From an uncultured Fibrobacterota bacterium (lineage in GTDB: Bacteria; Fibrobacterota; Chitinivibrionia; Chitinivibrionales; FEN-1185): a stretch of 64,000 nucleotides of DNA. The stretch is from positions 192,001-256,000 of the forward strand of contig CAVSQB010000005.1 of NCBI GenBank assembly GCA_963729895.1, written 5' to 3'. Shown in pieces: positions 57,587 to 64,000 of the stretch. Made by a program: the position numbers and the translations under genes. The notes below the pieces were generated by a model that saw only the letters and a list, made by a program, of their open reading frames with translations, did not search any database and was not told the DNA's origin. Position 1 is the stretch's first letter. Each line of letters begins with the position of its first letter.

Positions 57587-58996
57587 TTACTCTCCGATAA
57601 CCTCGATAGTTCTTCCCGTATCCATCGTCTTCAAAGAATCCAATCGCTGCGCCTGTGTGGTGTCGTGCCTCACTGCCTGCTTCATTCGCGCGTCGCGCAA
57701 GGAATCCTGCCGCGCGTCTTGCGCCACGGATGCATCGGCAATAGCTTTGAACCACTGCCCGATATTTCCGTCAAACTGGCCGAGCGTGTAGAGCGCCCCG
57801 TTCAACGTACTTTTTTGCGCCCAGATGTGTTCCTCGGTCAGGCGTTTTCTGTACGCCTCCTGTTCTCTTCCCGCTTCGCGTTTCGCCTCGAAAATAGGGT
57901 AGTACGATGTCGTTTGATTGCCGTGCAGGTCGTAGACCGTTATTGCCAGTCGGTAGTGGGAAGAATCTATCTGTAGTGCCTTGGTGATTCCTTCGCGCCT
58001 AGAGCCTTTGAAGTAAATGCTCTCGTGATAGGCGTCCGAGCTGAATCGCGTTTCCCTAAGACCGATATCGCTTGTGGCGGTGAAACTTAGGCTTACTTGC
58101 TGCGTTTCTGTGTAGGAAATGGATACGTTCTTTATCGACGGCCCCGAACCGAGATCGGCGGAGCCCGAGGCAACGTGGGTTGGGTTGAAGTACCAGGCGA
58201 GCTTGCAGGCCGCATTCCCCGTGTCCACGCCGTGCAGGTTTGACGGGAGACTGAGAGAACTGATGCCTGTGCGCTCGTCCAGAATAAAAGACATGCCGGT
58301 AAGTCCGAACGAAAAGGCTATACGGAGTCCGCCGATTTGGTTCCTGGCAAGCATGGCAGAAGAAAAACTCCTTGAGAACTGCTCTGCTTTATCAATTAGG
58401 AGAAGCTTAGTCGCAAAAGAGGTGTCCACGAGCGCAGCGGCTGAAACCGTCTGGACCGTACTGCACGCATTGCAGGGGAAAAAGAACCTTCTGGTTCCCT
58501 TTGCCGTGGTGTAACTGACTATTGAGGAATCAAACCGAAGCACTTGCGGCGCAGCCGAGAAGAAGTAGGATGCAGAAACGGTTGCATTGCGAAACCGGTA
58601 GGTCCGGTCGAAACGCATCAACAGATAATCGAACCCGCATTCGTAGGCCATGTGTTTGAGCATGTTGAAGTCGTAGTGCCATTCGGCCCTGCTTGCTTCA
58701 CAGAATGCGCATTCATTGAACAGCCCGGACCTCGGCGCATTGAGCGCCGGATGCGATGGTACCCCTGCAATTATGACAAGGGAATCCGACGGGCCTTCGG
58801 GAATGACAATTCCTGGTTTTTCCGGCACTTCTGAAGCCTGGATCATTGTGGCTGGAGACAGCATGGCGCAGATAAACAAGCATACGCAGGGGAATCCCTT
58901 AGAAAGGTTGTTAAGCATATTGCTGCAACAGCTTGTAAACGAGTTGGTTATGTCTAATAGTGGTGGAACCTTGTCCAAGAAAATACAATTTGGCAT
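57587..58996 (-). CDS. Hypothetical, probably secreted protein (start may be ATG 58918)
   Basis: 469-aa ORF with a signal-like N-terminus and an Ig-like segment near the C-terminus; family not recognised. Confidence 0.6.
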   Translation of the reverse strand: MPNCIFLDKVPPLLDITNSFTSCCSNMLNNLSKGFPCVCLFICAMLSPATMIQASEVPEKPGIVIPEGPSDSLVIIAGVPSHPALNAPRSGLFNECAFCEASRAEWHYDFNMLKHMAYECGFDYLLMRFDRTYRFRNATVSASYFFSAAPQVLRFDSSIVSYTTAKGTRRFFFPCNACSTVQTVSAAALVDTSFATKLLLIDKAEQFSRSFSSAMLARNQIGGLRIAFSFGLTGMSFILDERTGISSLSLPSNLHGVDTGNAACKLAWYFNPTHVASGSADLGSGPSIKNVSISYTETQQVSLSFTATSDIGLRETRFSSDAYHESIYFKGSRREGITKALQIDSSHYRLAITVYDLHGNQTTSYYPIFEAKREAGREQEAYRKRLTEEHIWAQKSTLNGALYTLGQFDGNIGQWFKAIADASVAQDARQDSLRDARMKQAVRHDTTQAQRLDSLKTMDTGRTIEVIGE

Positions 58997-59060
58997 TGTG
59001 CTATCTTCCTCTTTTTCTATCGTTCCGATTTCAAGTGGCCAGATGGGGTTTCTGACATAA

Positions 59061-60354
59061 GGGGACCTCTAAAAATTGCCTAATTTGCCCAATTAATGCT
59101 TGACAAAGGCTATTTCGTCAATTATTTTAATTCCAGACAACAAACCTGCGAACCCACTACCGTCTGGAGGATATTGCGATGGGACAGATAGGCCTTTTTG
59201 ACCTTGAGAATCGCCTTTCCGAGCTTTCCGAAATGGGAGACCCTCTTGAAACCATCAATCGGGCCATACGTTGGAAGAGTTTTCGTCCTGTTATTGACAA
59301 GGCTTTTCGCAAGGAACGGAAGAGCAACGCCGGTCGTCCACCGTACGATTATATCCTGATGTTCAAGATTCTCGTGTTGCAGACGATGTATGGGCTTTCC
59401 GATGCGCAAACCCAGTTTCAGATTCTGGACCGATTGACGTTCAAACGGTTTCTTGAACTCACTTCCGAGGATAGCATTCCCGACGAGAAAACGGTCTGGT
59501 TGTTTCGGGAAACGCTGACACAAGCAGGCGTTGTCAAGAAGCTGTTTGACCTGTTCGGTCGTCAGTTGAACGAAGCGGGTTACACTGCCCAGAAAGGCCA
59601 AATAATAGATGCGAGTTTTGTCGAGGTACCTCGCCAGAGAAACACGCGGGAGGAGAATAAAGAAATCAAGAACGGGGGCACGCCGCAGGAATGGGAAAAG
59701 CACCCTGAGAAACTTCGTCAGAAAGATGTTGATGCGCGATGGACGAAGAAGAACGATCAGACGTTTTTTGGCTACAAGAACCATGCGTCGGTAGACGCGA
59801 AGCATAAAATCATTCGAGACTATGCGGCGACATCCGCAGAAGTGCACGACTCCAATATGCTTGAACCTCTCCTTAATCCTGAGAACACGAACGCGGACGT
59901 GTTTGCCGACAGCGCGTATCATTCGGAAAAGGCGGAACAAAGGCTTGATTATCTCTGGTACAGAAGCAAAATATGTGTCAAAGGGACTCGTGGCGCACCA
60001 TTGACGGAAGCACAATTGGCACAGAACCGGAAGAAATCCAAAGTCAGATCGCGTATAGAACATGTGTTTGCTCAAATAGAAATCATGTTTCGTGGCAGGA
60101 TCAGGTGTATCGGGCGGCTGAGGGCCGCGGCGAAGATAGGACTCCTGAACCTGGTTTACAACATAAAACGCTTTGCATATCTTGAGTGCCACGCCTGAAA
60201 AGCGGGACAGGACCGCACAAGGCCCCCAAAGGGACCGAAAAAAGAACAGTTTTGGGCACCTATCAGACAAATAGACGCCCTGACATCGCGAAATAATACT
60301 ATCTGTCAACATGATCTTGGAATCTACTATTTTACAGAATTTTTAGAGGTCCCC
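59061..60354 (+). mobile_element. IS5-family insertion sequence, 1294 bp, 17-bp perfect IRs, TSD ATAA
   Basis: GGGGACCTCTAAAAATT at both ends (inverted); ATAA at 59057-59060 and 60355-60358. Confidence 0.95.
59179..60198 (+). CDS. IS5-family DDE transposase
   Basis: GRPPYD, IIDASFV, DVDARWTKK, FGYKNH, ADSAY, RSRIEHVF. Confidence 0.94.
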   Translation: MGQIGLFDLENRLSELSEMGDPLETINRAIRWKSFRPVIDKAFRKERKSNAGRPPYDYILMFKILVLQTMYGLSDAQTQFQILDRLTFKRFLELTSEDSIPDEKTVWLFRETLTQAGVVKKLFDLFGRQLNEAGYTAQKGQIIDASFVEVPRQRNTREENKEIKNGGTPQEWEKHPEKLRQKDVDARWTKKNDQTFFGYKNHASVDAKHKIIRDYAATSAEVHDSNMLEPLLNPENTNADVFADSAYHSEKAEQRLDYLWYRSKICVKGTRGAPLTEAQLAQNRKKSKVRSRIEHVFAQIEIMFRGRIRCIGRLRAAAKIGLLNLVYNIKRFAYLECHA

Positions 60355-60570
60355 ATAAGTGTCTCGGCCAGTTGGAACTTACTACCGCAAACTTGGGGCC
60401 AGGTGTCCGATCTTCACTTGTGCTCCTGGTCTTGAATATTTTCGCAAAAGTATTCCGGCGGTGATTTTTTCCTGCAACAAAATGTTTATTAATTCGTCTG
60501 TAACAAAGTTCAATCACGACCCTGTGCTCATCGAAACGATAACGTTCCAGCATAATCTGACGAAATGGTA

Positions 60571-60632
60571 TTGACACCTGACCTAAAATTCGTTATATTT
60601 ATTCCTCGGTCATTAATCTGACTTAGGAGTCA
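60571..60632 (+). promoter_or_regulatory. Sigma70 promoter and probable TetR operator
   Basis: TTGACA (60571)-17 bp-TATATT (60594); palindrome TGACT-TAGG-AGTCA (60619-60632) over the RBS. Confidence 0.7.
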
Positions 60633-60634
60633 AA

Positions 60635-61291
60635 ATGGAACTCAATCCAAGAGAAGCAAAGGACCAGATAGTCCACGATGCAAAAAGTAACCTTATCCTC
60701 GATGCTGCACTCAAGGTGTTTGCGGAAAAAGGTTATCATGAATCAAGACTTGATGATATCGCTGCAACTGCCGGATTTTCAAAGGCTTCATTATATAACT
60801 ACTACGAGGACAAAGAAGAAATCTTTCTCCATATTCTTATTCGGATGCACGAGAAGATAATAGACGTGCTCAGGAGCGAAATCAAGGAAGACCGCCACAT
60901 AAAAGAAAACATTCTCGTCATGCTTCACTCCATTTTGAGAATTTATAGCGAAAACTTTTCGTTTTCGATGAGCATGACGGACCTAAAAACCATGGCGCCC
61001 GGCAGCATGGAAAAATTTCAGCAGCGGCACCAGCAATTGATGTCCCGGTTCAAACAATACAGCAACGAGGTGACCGAATTGTCGGTGTCGGTATTTTCCG
61101 TAGGGCGCAAACGTGGGGAAATTATTACCCCGCTTGACGATAAGACCCTGTCCCGCTATGTAACGTCGCTGGTTCGCGGGGTCATGTTCGATTGCAAAAA
61201 TGCCGGAAAAATCGGCGACATCGAAGTCCATGTCAGGGACATCATGGAGTTTTTGACAAAAGGGCTTGGGTTTACCACTCCGACGAAGTGA
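60635..61291 (+). CDS. TetR/AcrR-family regulator
   Basis: ILDAALKVFAEKGY...DDIAATAGFSKASLYNYYEDKEEIF. Confidence 0.94.
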   Translation: MELNPREAKDQIVHDAKSNLILDAALKVFAEKGYHESRLDDIAATAGFSKASLYNYYEDKEEIFLHILIRMHEKIIDVLRSEIKEDRHIKENILVMLHSILRIYSENFSFSMSMTDLKTMAPGSMEKFQQRHQQLMSRFKQYSNEVTELSVSVFSVGRKRGEIITPLDDKTLSRYVTSLVRGVMFDCKNAGKIGDIEVHVRDIMEFLTKGLGFTTPTK

Positions 61292-61361
61292 TGCCGGCGT
61301 TGAGATAGGCCTTGCAAAAGTAGACAAAAGGATAATTCGAATCCTGTCACGCTGATGGAGA

Positions 61362-62828
61362 GTGATCATGCAACGTACGATGAGGATCTTGGCGCTCGCG
61401 ATGGCAATGACGATCGCGGCTTCACCAATGGCGCATTCGCAAACAATAGGGTTGGAACAGGTAATACGCGAAGTGTGCGCCAACAGCGATTCGGTGAAGA
61501 TGATGAAGGAGTCGGTGATCAGGGCCGATCAGATGGTGAGGGAAAATTGGTCGAACGCGCTGCCCGTGATTTCGGCAACCGGGTATGGCGCTCAAAGTTA
61601 CGGCTCTCTGTTCAGTGGAAGTGGAGGCGGGTCGAGCTCGTCGTCCCGATCTCTGGCCAAAGAGGCATCCACGTTCACTCCGGGAGACTCCGGTACGCTT
61701 GCGTATATTGAAAACGAGCTGACGCAATTTTCCTCTCTTGGCAATCCGCAGTCGGCGACGATTTACAGCGCAGGAATTTCGTTTTCGCAGCCGATATTCA
61801 CTTTCGGAAAGATCGGCACTGCAATAAAGGTTGCGCAGGAATTCAGCAAGTCCGCTCATTTGACCTATGCGAGAAATTTGCAGACCCTGCAGCTCACGGC
61901 ACTCGATATGTTCTTTACCACAGTCTACGCGGAAAAACTCAATGGAATTCATGAGCGTACTGTTGCCAGAAAAAAGGAATTATATGAATTTACAAATAGA
62001 AATTTCCAACTGGGGTCTGGAATTAGAGCAACGGTGTTGTCCGCAAAATCCGATTTCACAAAGGAAAACGCAAATTTGCTGAAGGCAAACCGTGACGCTC
62101 AGCAGAGCCGGATGTTTCTGAACTCTTTTATGGGACGGCCGCTCACCGACATGGTGCCGCTCGATACGTCCATGGAACTTCCGGGCCTCATGGCCACGGT
62201 GGTCCCTGACCCTGCGAAAGCCGTCGGAGTGGCGCTGGAAGGTCGTCCGGAACTCAAGTCGCTCAAGTTGTTCGCGGAGGCCACTGAGGGCGGCGCGAAA
62301 ATCTTTAAGGCGATGTACCTTCCGTCAATAGCGGCAACCGGGTCTGCCGGATGGTCCAAGTATGCGGGCAACCCTCTGTTTGCAAACAACGGCGCCGCAA
62401 ACTGGACACTGGGGGTCGGCGCGCAATGGACCCTGTTTGACGGATTTTCCAACAGTGCAAAAGCGCGCGAGTATCTTTCGGATGCCCATAAACTTGAAAT
62501 AGCATATGAGACGCTTTCAAAGGCCATTGAAATCGAAATGCGGTCCGATATCAGGGACTGCACTGTCTACGACAGTATGTACGAGTCCTCCAAGGAAGCA
62601 TACGCGTCCGCGCTCGAGAGCTATAACCTGACCAGTGACAATTTTAAAGCCGGCAGCGGCACGTTTTCCGACCTGAAGTTCGCCGACGAAAGCCTGCAGC
62701 AGGCCGAGGTCGGATTGATCCAGGCACGGTTCAACCAGATGAGAAGCAGGGCCGCGCTTTTGGTGGCCTTGGGAAACGACATCGTTCCGGTCAACGACAA
62801 ACGAAAACCCGATAAGGAGGAACAATGA
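61362..62828 (+). CDS. TolC-family outer-membrane efflux protein
   Basis: Signal peptide, SQPIFTFGK, ALEGRPEL, WTLFDG. Confidence 0.9.
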   Translation: MIMQRTMRILALAMAMTIAASPMAHSQTIGLEQVIREVCANSDSVKMMKESVIRADQMVRENWSNALPVISATGYGAQSYGSLFSGSGGGSSSSSRSLAKEASTFTPGDSGTLAYIENELTQFSSLGNPQSATIYSAGISFSQPIFTFGKIGTAIKVAQEFSKSAHLTYARNLQTLQLTALDMFFTTVYAEKLNGIHERTVARKKELYEFTNRNFQLGSGIRATVLSAKSDFTKENANLLKANRDAQQSRMFLNSFMGRPLTDMVPLDTSMELPGLMATVVPDPAKAVGVALEGRPELKSLKLFAEATEGGAKIFKAMYLPSIAATGSAGWSKYAGNPLFANNGAANWTLGVGAQWTLFDGFSNSAKAREYLSDAHKLEIAYETLSKAIEIEMRSDIRDCTVYDSMYESSKEAYASALESYNLTSDNFKAGSGTFSDLKFADESLQQAEVGLIQARFNQMRSRAALLVALGNDIVPVNDKRKPDKEEQ

Positions 62829-63892
62829 AATCGCTCCAAAGTAAATCGCACATCGTCCTTACCGTCAGTTTGTTTCTCATGTTTCTACTGATGGGCGCCA
62901 GGTGCGGGTCCGAAACCAAGAAGACCCCGGGTGATGCGGGGAAACAGCCTTCCGATTCCGCTGCTGTCAAGGTTGTGGTTGCCGTAGTCAATGAAAGCGC
63001 CTTTGACGACTGGGGCAGCTACTCCGCGGACCTGCGCGGCATCGAAGACGCAAGCCTCATTGCCCCGGCCCAGGGCGGACGTGTCAATTCTCTCAAGCCT
63101 GTGGGCACGCGTTTCAAGACCGGCGATGCGTTGTGCGACATCGACGGCGACAAGTACGGTGCGGCGCTGGAGGCGGCCAAAGCCCAGGTGGAAGTGGCCA
63201 AAGGCGATCTCGAACGGGCTAAGGCCAACGTTGAAAACGGTTCTGTCGGCCGCGCGGCGCTCGACGGGGCGAACCTTGCATTCCAGAACGGCCGCATGCT
63301 GCTTGCAACTGCCCGGCGCGCATACGAGGACTGCCAGTGCCAGGCGCCTTTCGACGGCATCCTGGTGAGCCGGAACATCGAAAAATTCCAAACGGTTGCG
63401 CCGGGCGTGCCCACCGTGCGTGTGTCGCGCGTCGACCGGCTCGAAGCGGACATCGCGATACCGGAAGCCGAAGCGTTTGGGTACGAAGAGGGAATGAAGG
63501 CCGAATTCCGGCTTCTCCAGCATCCCGAGCTCTCGTTTGAAGGCAGGCTTATGAGCCTGGACCGCGCCGTTGACACGAAGTCGCGGACCGTAACGGCGCG
63601 CATCGAGTTGACCAACCGCGACCGAATGCTCAAACCGGGCATGGTGGGCCGCGCGAGCATTTTGCGGCACCGGTATGCCCACGCCATTGTGGTTCCGTCA
63701 GCCGCACTGGTTCGTTTGCAAAACGGAATTTGCGCCATGGTCGTCGAAAACGGCGTGGCCCGTCAGCGGAAGATTTTGATCGGAGCGACCAACGAGGACA
63801 GTTCGCTTATAAAGGACGGCCTTCATGACGGCGACAAGCTCGTGGTGACCGGCGCCTTTCAGGTGAGCGACGGGACAAAGGTTTCGTACTAA
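62825..63892 (+). CDS. RND efflux periplasmic adaptor subunit
   Basis: APFDG, DTKSRT, LKPGM, GLHDGDKLVVTG; permease presumably beyond the window. Confidence 0.9.
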   Translation: MKSLQSKSHIVLTVSLFLMFLLMGARCGSETKKTPGDAGKQPSDSAAVKVVVAVVNESAFDDWGSYSADLRGIEDASLIAPAQGGRVNSLKPVGTRFKTGDALCDIDGDKYGAALEAAKAQVEVAKGDLERAKANVENGSVGRAALDGANLAFQNGRMLLATARRAYEDCQCQAPFDGILVSRNIEKFQTVAPGVPTVRVSRVDRLEADIAIPEAEAFGYEEGMKAEFRLLQHPELSFEGRLMSLDRAVDTKSRTVTARIELTNRDRMLKPGMVGRASILRHRYAHAIVVPSAALVRLQNGICAMVVENGVARQRKILIGATNEDSSLIKDGLHDGDKLVVTGAFQVSDGTKVSY

Positions 63893-63919
63893 GATTTTTG
63901 TGTGAATGATTGATTCCTG

Positions 63920-63960
63920 TTCCCCCTCTCCCAGTGGGAGAGGAGGCCAGGGGGTGAGGT
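63920..63960. repeat. REP-like palindrome (CCTCTCCC-AGT-GGGAGAGG...GGGGTGAGG)
   Basis: Perfect 8-bp hairpin followed by the GGGGTGAGG tail typical of this intergenic repeat class. Confidence 0.65.
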
Positions 63961-64000
63961 CGCCCCGCAGAGGCGGAAATTTCGCCGTCCATCGTTTGCG

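Noticed and set aside
60332..60577. Gene interrupted by the IS at 59061-60354
   Set aside because: Excision gives only a short motif-less frame; the insertion looks intergenic

Overview
Chromosomal window from a probably anaerobic, diderm bacterium. A TIGR02171-like gene remnant and a T9SS-type C-terminal sorting domain point to Fibrobacterota (Chitinivibrionales/Chitinispirillaceae-like); this is inference. Contents in order: a paaK-ACT-livKHM module; an accessory region (about 6.6-19.5 kb) ending at tRNA-Pro(GGG), with two genes cleanly disrupted by IS elements that retain their TSDs, mscL, an LRR protein and a DsbA gene beside a tiny 8-Cys lipoprotein; queH; an IspH-UbiA fusion; ABC/ApbE genes; a NusG-II gene and a Gx(EetB-like)-EcfT fusion; an mdtABC-type RND system; an AAA+/unknown gene pair; an NHEJ operon (two Ku, split LigD, DUF72); a third IS; and a TetR-TolC-MFP efflux operon. 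The standout is a seven-gene cluster at 31.3-38.8 kb that looks like a complete phosphosphingolipid pathway. It has Spt, a bCerS-like GNAT and a reductase carrying the eukaryotic KDSR/Tsc10 signature instead of CerR. It also has a cytidylyltransferase-PLP enzyme fusion, a CDP-alcohol phosphotransferase, a LysE protein and a DUF4833-like protein. All calls come from motif recognition by eye; no database searches were run.
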